DNA of 32,000 nt, taken from contig JBHLPL010000003.1 of NCBI GenBank assembly GCA_048939465.1, positions 1 through 32,000 on the forward strand, in the 5' to 3' direction. Position 1 is the stretch's first letter. Each line of letters starts with the position of its first letter. This document shows positions 9,052-15,967 of this stretch, in pieces. The notes below the pieces were generated by a model. It was given only the letters and a program-made list of their open reading frames with translations. It had not been told where the DNA came from and made no database searches. The stretch comes from Promethearchaeota archaeon (GTDB taxonomy: Archaea > Asgardarchaeota > Odinarchaeia > Odinarchaeales > JBHLKK01). The translations under genes were made by a program, and so were the position numbers.

Positions 9052-9309
9052 ACTACTTCCAGCTTTCACAAGGGGTTTCCTCCCTCTCTCTGCCTCACGC
9101 GTCTGAGGACACTTCGGCTTCCCAGAGGGGGTTTCTGTGCCCCGAATTGACGGATACACAGGAGGAGGGGCTCGAGTTGGTTCACTCTTTAACGTGCCAC
9201 AGACACTCGGCGGCCTTGCCAAGCAGAATATACCTGCAAGGTCTGCGCTCTCAGACTGGGTTTCACGCCCATGCCGTTAGGCAAGCTTCCTCTTACGAGC
9301 ATCTTACCC
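9048..9309 (-). ncRNA. Unidentified structured ncRNA-like element, copy 1 (omega-RNA-like candidate)
   Basis: Many hairpins with GNRA loops and G:U pairs that work only on the minus strand. TATA-like box 21 nt upstream. Collinear homology to 14661-14873, with 31/39 nt identical at the 3' end. Confidence 0.7.
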
Positions 9310-9330
9310 AAAGCTTAACTTCCAAGAAAT

Positions 9331-9338
9331 CATTTAAA
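9331..9338 (-). promoter_or_regulatory. TATA-box candidate (TTTAAATG) for the copy-1 RNA
   Basis: Lies 21 nt before the start of the structured region, the same spacing as in copy 2. Confidence 0.5.
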
Positions 9339-9422
9339 CGCAACGCATCTCATTCACACGCTCTCGGACGGGGTCTCCTTGTGGAAAAAAGATAACAACG
9401 GGGTTGGGTTGGAGCTACTCAA

Positions 9423-10778
9423 ATGAGAATTTCCAAAATCGAAAAGCAGATGGGAATCGAGAAATACGGTAGCGGCACTCCAGGCATTGAAGGAAGGATC
9501 AAACAATTACTGGAAGACTTTATTGTCGAGGAAATTACACCCGAAGGAGAGATTCTATATTCGCGCAGGAGAGAGTCAATCGAGGAGAAGAAAATAGAGA
9601 GTAGCGGACCGTACACTTGGTTCACTCTTGAAAAGCATGGTTGGGATACTTTCAGTGTACTAAGACATTTGGCAAAAGTGCTCCATGTCGATTTAGAGCG
9701 CTTCTCCTTTGCTGGGATGAAAGATAAGAGGGGGATAACTGTACAACGCGCTAGTTGCTGGAAAGTCGCACCCGCTGAATTAGACAAAGTCTCCTTGAAA
9801 GATGTTTATCTTCGTGACTTCATTCGTTCAAAGAAATCAATTAAGCTAGGAGATTTGTGGGGTAATCACTTCACAATAAATGTACGAGACATGGAAGCAA
9901 ATATCGATTCATATTCTATTATGACAGAAACATGGAATGAATTGAAGGCTCATGATGTACCAAACTTCTTTGGTCATCAAAGATTTGGAACGCATAGGCC
10001 AATCACACATCTGGTCGGAAAGAATATATTAAAAGGTGATTTTAAGAACTCAGTCATCACATTTCTTACTGGAAATTCAATTCATGAAAAGGCCAATGTC
10101 AACAAAGCTCGACGCCAGCTAAATGAGACCCGCAACTTCAGCGAGGCCATCGAAGCTTTTCCAAAAAGCCTATGGTTTGAACAAACGGTGCTTCGCATTC
10201 TAGTGAAGAATGCAGAAGATTACATCGGTGCGCTCAGAGCACTCCCAAAGCGCTTCAGAATGATGTTTGTCCATGCATACCAAGCATATTTATTCAATAG
10301 ATTCTTGAGTGAACGAATCAGAAGAAATATTCCCCTAAATCGTGCAGTCAAAGGCGATATTGCGCGGATTATCAGCAAAGATTTTCCCCGCTATGTTAAG
10401 ATATCCGAAACGAATGAGCAAAAGATTGACGAAATGATAAGAATGGGGAAAGCATTTATCGTTCTTCCTCTAGTCGGATATTCTTCAAAACTTCCAGAGG
10501 GAGATATGGGAGAAATAGTCTCCAGAACACTAGGCGAGGAAGGAATCTCTCCCAAGGATTTCAGAGTTGAAAGAATGAGAGAACTGTCGTCATCAGGAGA
10601 ATTTCGCTCCGTTACTTTGCAGGTGAATAACATGAGATTCTCAGGACCGTCAAAAGACCGTATCGATCCGACAAAAACAGAAGTAGAATTCGATTTTTCT
10701 CTTCCAAAGGGTTGTTATGCAACTGTAGTCCTAAGAGAGTTCATGAAGTCAAAAGACATCATTGAAGCAGGATATTGA
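9423..10778 (+). CDS. truD: tRNA pseudouridine(13) synthase TruD
   Basis: IKQLLEDFIVEE, FAGMKDKRGITVQ (catalytic Asp), GDLWGNHF, PNFFGHQRFG, FSLPKGCYATVVLRE. Confidence 0.95.
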   Translation: MRISKIEKQMGIEKYGSGTPGIEGRIKQLLEDFIVEEITPEGEILYSRRRESIEEKKIESSGPYTWFTLEKHGWDTFSVLRHLAKVLHVDLERFSFAGMKDKRGITVQRASCWKVAPAELDKVSLKDVYLRDFIRSKKSIKLGDLWGNHFTINVRDMEANIDSYSIMTETWNELKAHDVPNFFGHQRFGTHRPITHLVGKNILKGDFKNSVITFLTGNSIHEKANVNKARRQLNETRNFSEAIEAFPKSLWFEQTVLRILVKNAEDYIGALRALPKRFRMMFVHAYQAYLFNRFLSERIRRNIPLNRAVKGDIARIISKDFPRYVKISETNEQKIDEMIRMGKAFIVLPLVGYSSKLPEGDMGEIVSRTLGEEGISPKDFRVERMRELSSSGEFRSVTLQVNNMRFSGPSKDRIDPTKTEVEFDFSLPKGCYATVVLREFMKSKDIIEAGY

Positions 10779-10794
10779 TTATTGATGAATGTGA

Positions 10795-12120
10795 TTACGG
10801 AGTTAGTCTGTGTCTATCTCTCGGGAATAGAACTACCTCTCTGATATTCTCGGAACCTGTTAACACCATTAGAATCCTTGCAAGACCAATACCACAACCA
10901 GCGTGAGGAGGCATGCCCCAATCGAAGGCCTTGAGATGGAATTCAAAGGAAGATGGATTTAGTCCCTTTTCCTCCAGACGTTTGATCAAAAGGGATTTAT
11001 CATGAACCCGCGTACCTCCAGATGCCAATTCCAGCCAACCGTACATCAGATCGAAACCATCAGATAGTTGAGGGTTATCTTTCTTGGGAGAAATGTAGAA
11101 CGGTTTCCCAGCAATAGGCCAATCAACAATGAAGTAAGGTCCTGGGAAGAGTTTCCCGAGGGTTCTTATAGCCTGTGTGTGTAAATCCTCCCCCCAAGGA
11201 ATCTTGATTCCCTTTTTGCTCAATACTCCTAAGATTTCATCGTAAGTATACCTTGGAAATGGAGTGGAAGGCGGGCTAATCTTACTTCTCACTGTTTTTA
11301 GCTCGCTCTTATAGTTCTTCATGGTCTCTCTCAGCACATAAGCGATGAGTTCCTCCGAAACCTTCATTATATCATCAGCAGTTGCGAAAGCTTGCTCAAT
11401 ATCTATCATTATTAATTCAGCCAAGTGTCTTGTGGTGCTAGATTCTTCTGCTCTAAATACGGGGGCTATCTCAAAGACTTTTTCAAATACTGAAGTTAGA
11501 ACTTCCTTGTATAGCTGTGGGCTTTGAGCCAGGAATGCTTCATCTTCAAAATACGCTATAGGAAAGAGTTCTGTCCCCCCTTCGGTAGCAGAAGAGATTA
11601 TTTTTGGCGTATGAATTTCCAAGAACCCTTGGTCAGTCAGAAACTCTCTTGTATACCTCGAAACGCCATCACGTAGCCTGAAAATAGCATAGGGGCGCGG
11701 GCGTCTCAAGTCGAGAATTCTCGCATTAAGCCTGGTATCCAGCTCAGCCTCCACTCTTCCTGTAAGTTCGAGTGGGAGTGGACTTACGGCAATATTCAGC
11801 AATTTTAATTGATCGGGTACTATTTCGGCACCACCAGGCGCTTTATCCATTTTTTTAACTATGCCTTTTATGGCGATTACGTCTTCTTTTCCAATGGACT
11901 TTGCTTTTTCGAATAAGGCTTCGTTTTTCTCAGGAACTGTTATTTGAACGCGACCGTGACTATCCCGTAGTATAATGAATTTTATGCCTCCTAGGTCGCG
12001 AATCCTATCGACCCATCCGAAGACAACAACTTCTTTACCGGCTAAGGCAGGCCCTATTTGAGTCGAATAATGAGTACGCCGCCACTCACCCAAGCTCTCA
12101 ATCTTCTTGCGTCGAACCAA
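10795..12120 (-). CDS. aspS: Aspartyl-tRNA synthetase, archaeal, probably non-discriminating (Asp/Asn)
   Basis: GWVDRIRDLGG, AQSPQLYKE, FRAEES.TTRHL.E, GMPPHAGCGIG. The anticodon-binding loop KAPGG has Pro, as in non-discriminating enzymes. TTG start. Confidence 0.93.
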   Translation of the reverse strand: MVRRKKIESLGEWRRTHYSTQIGPALAGKEVVVFGWVDRIRDLGGIKFIILRDSHGRVQITVPEKNEALFEKAKSIGKEDVIAIKGIVKKMDKAPGGAEIVPDQLKLLNIAVSPLPLELTGRVEAELDTRLNARILDLRRPRPYAIFRLRDGVSRYTREFLTDQGFLEIHTPKIISSATEGGTELFPIAYFEDEAFLAQSPQLYKEVLTSVFEKVFEIAPVFRAEESSTTRHLAELIMIDIEQAFATADDIMKVSEELIAYVLRETMKNYKSELKTVRSKISPPSTPFPRYTYDEILGVLSKKGIKIPWGEDLHTQAIRTLGKLFPGPYFIVDWPIAGKPFYISPKKDNPQLSDGFDLMYGWLELASGGTRVHDKSLLIKRLEEKGLNPSSFEFHLKAFDWGMPPHAGCGIGLARILMVLTGSENIREVVLFPRDRHRLTP

Positions 12121-12193
12121 CTCTGGACCTCCTATTCAGGATCTGAGCCATCTCAAGAGGACATGTTATGATTTGGAGGGGGATGTCTGCTAA

Positions 12194-12703
12194 TCACTCA
12201 AATACTATTCTGACTTTTTGTTCAGTTAAATGTAGAATTGCTTCTTCTAGGGTCTTGATATCCAGCGAGAGCCGTTGTGATCTAGCCCTCTTCACTCTAA
12301 TTTTCCTTTCAGTTTCTCCTGTCGGAAGAAAAACCTTGTTTACACCCATGATTTGAAAGGGAGCGAGAATGTCCTGAATGATTTTCTTGGTTGAAGATGC
12401 AGTTTCAATAACACGAATTCTTCTGTTAAACTTCCCTTCCAAATGCCTAACGATTTTACCCTTGGGACCGATGACTTTTGGGATATCACCACGATTGACC
12501 ATCAATATGGCCAGCCCATTTGTGTGCACGATACGGTTTAAAGTAACAGTTTTAAGCGCAACAAACTGTTTCTCTAATTCAAGTAACTCCTTTGCTATTT
12601 GGACATCTAACTCCGAAATCTCCCCTTTATCCAGTTTCTCTTGACAACTCGGACATAGCAATCCTGTTTGCAGGCAAAACTTGCACACTGGTGTTTTTAC
12701 CAT
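12194..12703 (-). CDS. Archaeal NusA-like KH-domain protein with an N-terminal Zn finger
   Basis: MVKTPVCKFCLQTGLLCPSCQEK and the KH GxxG motif VIGPKGKIVR. This paralog family commonly sits upstream of aspS. Start reassigned to ATG 12703. Confidence 0.8.
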   Translation of the reverse strand: MVKTPVCKFCLQTGLLCPSCQEKLDKGEISELDVQIAKELLELEKQFVALKTVTLNRIVHTNGLAILMVNRGDIPKVIGPKGKIVRHLEGKFNRRIRVIETASSTKKIIQDILAPFQIMGVNKVFLPTGETERKIRVKRARSQRLSLDIKTLEEAILHLTEQKVRIVFE

Positions 12704-13048
12704 GTTTTTCCCTCGACTATTTCCACAAGAAAGATCTTTCAATTCTTATTAAATCAGTCACTAATTTTGGTGATAGAACTTTTGGACTTGTTACCCCTTC
12801 AACGTGAGAATGAATAAAAACCTTTGGTTATTGCAAAAGGAGGAATGAAGCAACTCTCCAAGAACCTGAAGTGATTTCCATAACACCGTGTCCAAAAGTA
12901 TTCCAGTCATTTGCCTTTCCAGTCCCGTAAACCTCTCGGATACAAATAGAAGATTTATAGTTATTCCAGAATCGCGCAGTATCAGATTAGTAGCCAAAAG
13001 ACAAAAGTTAAATACCAATATCTCACCGTAAAGGAGGAGGAGAGCATA

Positions 13049-13210
13049 ATGCCGGTAGACGATCCCGATAAGAAACTAATTGCAATGAGAAATCTAATCT
13101 ACTTCAAAATATGCAGAAAATGTGGTGCCCGAAATGCACTCTCGGCCAAGAGATGTAGACGTTGCAGAAGCAGAAACCTAAGATTTAAGAAGAGAGAGAT
13201 AGGGAAGTGA
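13049..13210 (+). CDS. rpl40e: 50S ribosomal protein L40e (53 aa; not in the ORF track)
   Basis: Manual translation: MPVDDPDKKLIAMRNLIYFKICRKCGARNALSAKRCRRCRSRNLRFKKREIGK*; GGAGG upstream. Confidence 0.95.
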   Translation: MPVDDPDKKLIAMRNLIYFKICRKCGARNALSAKRCRRCRSRNLRFKKREIGK

Positions 13211-13257
13211 GTAGTCTTTTCATAAAAGCTTCAATCCTGATCATATAGATTAACACA

Positions 13258-13379
13258 GGGCGGGTGGTCTAGCGGTCTATGACGCCGCCCTCAGTTTGTC
13301 AGATATCCTGCAAGCGGGTAAACACGGCGGAAACCTAAAAGGCCGAAAATCGCGAGTTCAAATCTCGCCCCGCCCACCA
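13258..13379 (+). tRNA. tRNA-Val(CAC) with two introns: 34/35 (13293-13321, 29 nt) and 45/46 (13333-13348, 16 nt)
   Basis: Acceptor GGGCGGG/CCCGCCC-A-CCA, D-arm GTC/GAC, anticodon stem CCGCC/GGCGG, T-arm GCGAG-TTCAAAT-CTCGC. BHB geometry (GCCC/GGGT helix, bulges TC|A and AA|A) gives the loop CT-CAC-AC. The second intron leaves the variable region AAATC. Confidence 0.88.
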
Positions 13380-13529
13380 AGGGATTTAGCCCCAACTTGT
13401 CCCACAAGAAGTCAGAATCTCAAGCGGAAGTCCAATAAGAACATTTTTAAAACGAAATGATGTTTTGGAATTATTTAATAGAAGTAGGAATAGCTATGGA
13501 TAGTTATTGTTAACGGCACGGAGGTGTAA

Positions 13530-13727
13530 ATGTTGCCTGCAGCAATCAAAGATCCAAACGAGTTCATAGAGATTTCAAAAAGAGCCACAGAGTGCCGTGT
13601 AAAACGGCTAAAGGATACAGTAAAGATAAAGCTACGAACAAAGAGAATGCTATATACCCTAAAGACTGATCCTGAAACCGCAGACAGCGTTCTCGACAAG
13701 ATCGAATGCGCTATTGTCGAGGTCTAA
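13530..13727 (+). CDS. rpl38e: 50S ribosomal protein L38e
   Basis: P..IKD..EFIEISKRA.ECRVKR...VKIKLRTKR.LYTLK matches eL38. The start may be TTG 13533, given GGAGGTG spacing. Confidence 0.88.
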   Translation: MLPAAIKDPNEFIEISKRATECRVKRLKDTVKIKLRTKRMLYTLKTDPETADSVLDKIECAIVEV

Positions 13728-13734
13728 AAAGCCT

Positions 13735-14607
13735 CTAGAATATCAATCTTAAGATCAACGGTATAATCCCTAATCCTACGGCAATAGGCAATCCCGGAAG
13801 CATCTCTTTTTTAGTCAGGAGCCACAGGGTTATGCCCGAACCTACTAAGATACCTATAGAAACAAATCCCCAGGTTATTATGTCGAATATCGCGAGAGCG
13901 TGAGACGAAAGCAGAGAATAGAATGCAAGATCTCCGAGACCGATTTCCCAATCACGCGTTGAAAAGGTCATTGACAGTTCAGAATTGCTCCTTTCTTCAG
14001 AGAGCTTTACTATCTCTTTTATTGGACCCTTTTTAACAGCGAAAATGTCATATGCCGATATGAAGAGAAGGAGTAGAATCACGCTCCATGTTGGTATCGT
14101 CAGAGCAAGAAAAGATCCAATAAGGGCACCATAGAGTATTAAAACAACATTCTTTAGGTTTGCTGGAACATCTTTAGCCGATATCCCGTAAGCAGAAGAA
14201 GCTCCCGAAATCCCTCCGATGCACAACGAGCTAATCTCTACTATCGTTGCATTTACTCCCGTTAGATTTAGGTAGGAGATTATGCTCCAACCATAAAAAA
14301 GACACATGAAAAACCAGGAAAACCAAATGGCTATACCGAGAAATACCTTTAGAAAAATGTCCTTCTTATACTTGAGGAGCAAGTATATTGAAACACCGCC
14401 GATAAGTGCTATTAAAAGGAATAAAATGGCATTCATCATTGCCGCGCTAAATCCACCTTCTTCTTCGGAGAAGGGGACAGCAGTTATATTCAATTGGCCC
14501 AAGAAACCTATAAAAGTCAATAGAGCAGAAATGCAAATAACAACGATTATTGGTGTTAAGAATGCCAATTTGCTCACTTTAGGTGGAGTAGGGGGCCTGT
14601 CATTCAA
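13735..14607 (-). CDS. Presenilin-like GxGD intramembrane aspartic protease (A22)
   Basis: About 8-9 hydrophobic segments, with SAYDIFAV (YD aspartate), IGLGDL (GxGD aspartate) and the PAL-equivalent LPGLP. Confidence 0.9.
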   Translation of the reverse strand: MNDRPPTPPKVSKLAFLTPIIVVICISALLTFIGFLGQLNITAVPFSEEEGGFSAAMMNAILFLLIALIGGVSIYLLLKYKKDIFLKVFLGIAIWFSWFFMCLFYGWSIISYLNLTGVNATIVEISSLCIGGISGASSAYGISAKDVPANLKNVVLILYGALIGSFLALTIPTWSVILLLLFISAYDIFAVKKGPIKEIVKLSEERSNSELSMTFSTRDWEIGLGDLAFYSLLSSHALAIFDIITWGFVSIGILVGSGITLWLLTKKEMLPGLPIAVGLGIIPLILRLIF

Positions 14608-14660
14608 AGTTCCTCACCAGTTCCAGGAAGCCATATCATATCTTTGACACTAATAGGAAG

Positions 14661-14873
14661 GTTAACTGCTCCCAGCTTTCGCGAGGGACATCCTCCCTCG
14701 AACTCTGAAAAGTTATTGAATCTGCTTTCGGAGTGTTCAACACTGAGGAGGTCTAGGGTTGGTTCACACCCATTGTTGGTGCCGCAGGCACGAGAGAGTC
14801 CTGCCCATCAGGACATACCCGAAGGGGCTGCTTCCTTTGCTTTCCCCTCCTCGCTTTCGAGGTCACAGATCTC
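14661..14873 (-). ncRNA. Unidentified structured ncRNA-like element, copy 2 (paralog of 9048-9309)
   Basis: Shares GTGYCTGYGGCAC, GTGAACCAAC, CCTCCTC/GAGGGAGG and CCCT-YGYGAAAGCTGG-RAGYAGTTMAC with copy 1, in the same order. Confidence 0.7.
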
Positions 14874-14894
14874 AATTTTGAGTATTTGAGAAAG

Positions 14895-14902
14895 TATTTA
14901 AG
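14895..14902 (-). promoter_or_regulatory. TATA-box candidate (CTTAAATA) for the copy-2 RNA
   Basis: 21 nt upstream of the structured region. The TTAAAT-nn-TTTCT context is shared with copy 1. Confidence 0.5.
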
Positions 14903-15031
14903 CCTAGCGCAATTCATCTCCGTTCCATCAGATGGAGTCCTCAATACGGAATAGTAGATAAAGCTCCCCACTACAAATATCGTCGACATTAAGCTGAGTC
15001 ATTAGTGGATTATTGTCGAGGTATACGCTCA

Positions 15032-15604
15032 ATGATAAAACTAGTTAGAATTGGAAATCCACAGAAAGCAGTCGTTAAGAAGATTAAATCAAGCTTGGCT
15101 GAGGCATTTACACCGTTGGAGTGCGAGATTCTGGAAGATACCTTGCCTGTTCCATTAGAAACATACAGTCCTAGCAGATCGCAATTCAATTCAACACCGA
15201 TACTTCGCTACTTATCTAGATACGTTAATAGAAGAAGAGATATGGTACTGGGCATCACAGAAATAGATCTCTTTGCTTCATCGCTGAATTTTATTTTCGG
15301 GCTGGCCAGTTATACTAGCAAAACATCTATCATCTCTCTACACAGACTAAGACCGGAGTTTTATTATCAGTCTTCGGACCCTGAATTGCTAGGAGAAAGA
15401 GCCATAAAAGAGGCGGTACATGAGCTGGGGCATGTACTAGGTGCAAACCATTGCCCTGACCCAAAATGCGTTATGCACTTCTCAAATGACATAACGATGA
15501 CGGATGAGAAAGAGCACAAGTTTTGCCCCCAATGTCGAACAATCATAGATCTAGCAATTGATTTAATGATAAGACCTCATAATGACTCATCAAAAGATAT
15601 TTAA
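15032..15604 (+). CDS. amzA: Archaemetzincin (M54 Zn metalloprotease)
   Basis: HELGHVLGANHC.DPKCVMHFSN (HExxHxxGxxH plus Met-turn and Cys4 site) and LNFIFGLA. Start reassigned to ATG 15032. Confidence 0.92.
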   Translation: MIKLVRIGNPQKAVVKKIKSSLAEAFTPLECEILEDTLPVPLETYSPSRSQFNSTPILRYLSRYVNRRRDMVLGITEIDLFASSLNFIFGLASYTSKTSIISLHRLRPEFYYQSSDPELLGERAIKEAVHELGHVLGANHCPDPKCVMHFSNDITMTDEKEHKFCPQCRTIIDLAIDLMIRPHNDSSKDI

Positions 15605-15659
15605 GTTCAGCAATTCCATTTTCGATGAGGAGCGTTTAATAAATCTGGGGACATTTGAG

Positions 15660-15947
15660 ATGCCCATGTATAGCAAACTGCAGGATGTTCGAGTACGCAA
15701 TACAGACGACGAGTTCTTGGGAAGGGTAGTAGATCTTATTATAAAGAAGAAGAACGGTGATATCATTGCGCTAGTTATCGAACCAGCTAAAGATCTTCAA
15801 CTGGAGGATAAACTGCCGACAGATGACTCAGATAACATAATTCTGCCGTATTCGGCGGCAGAGTTTATAGGAAATGAGATAGTGATCGACATGAAAAAGA
15901 TGAGGATTCTACTTATGAAGCAGGGACTTAGAAGAAGTACCGAGTGA
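15660..15947 (+). CDS. PRC-barrel domain protein (CdpB-like)
   Basis: YSKLQDVRVRNTDDEFLGRVVDLII...IILPYSAAEFIGNEIVID matches the archaeal PRC-barrel pattern. Probable start ATG 15660. Confidence 0.8.
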   Translation: MPMYSKLQDVRVRNTDDEFLGRVVDLIIKKKNGDIIALVIEPAKDLQLEDKLPTDDSDNIILPYSAAEFIGNEIVIDMKKMRILLMKQGLRRSTE

Positions 15948-15967
15948 CTTCAGCCCAATTCTAATAT

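Noticed and set aside
9048-9070. Group II intron domain V or U6-like hairpin (AGCUG-GRAG-YAGUU, with AGC paired to GUU)
   Set aside because: It lacks the 2-nt bulge and upper stem of D5, there is no GUGYG 5' end, and it does not interrupt a gene.
9048-9309. RNase P RNA call for copy 1 (GAGGAAG, ACAGAAAC and GUGAAAC words)
   Set aside because: The conserved regions are out of order, there is no CR-V/P4 partner near the 3' end, and these words are not shared with copy 2.
9313-9323. 5S rRNA-like word GGAAGTTAAGC
   Set aside because: An isolated 11-mer with no 5S helices around it.
9048-9395. ORF-track proteins over the ncRNA-like elements (9048-9395, 14644-14889, 14753-14989)
   Set aside because: No recognisable domains or SD sites; they are by-products of GC-rich structured DNA.
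12743-13048. 300-bp gap between the NusA-like gene and rpl40e, including ORF 12791-13018
   Set aside because: No convincing protein motif, box C/D pair or stable structure; treated as a divergent promoter region.
13290-13296. Reading the 13258 tRNA as Leu(CAG) with a 37/38 intron
   Set aside because: It would need U37 and lacks a proper Leu variable arm. BHB geometry and body identity fit Val(CAC).
14661-14873. SRP (7S) RNA call based on GAAAGCUGGGAGCAG
   Set aside because: The CAGG strand of the helix-8 symmetric loop and the Alu UGUNR motif are missing.
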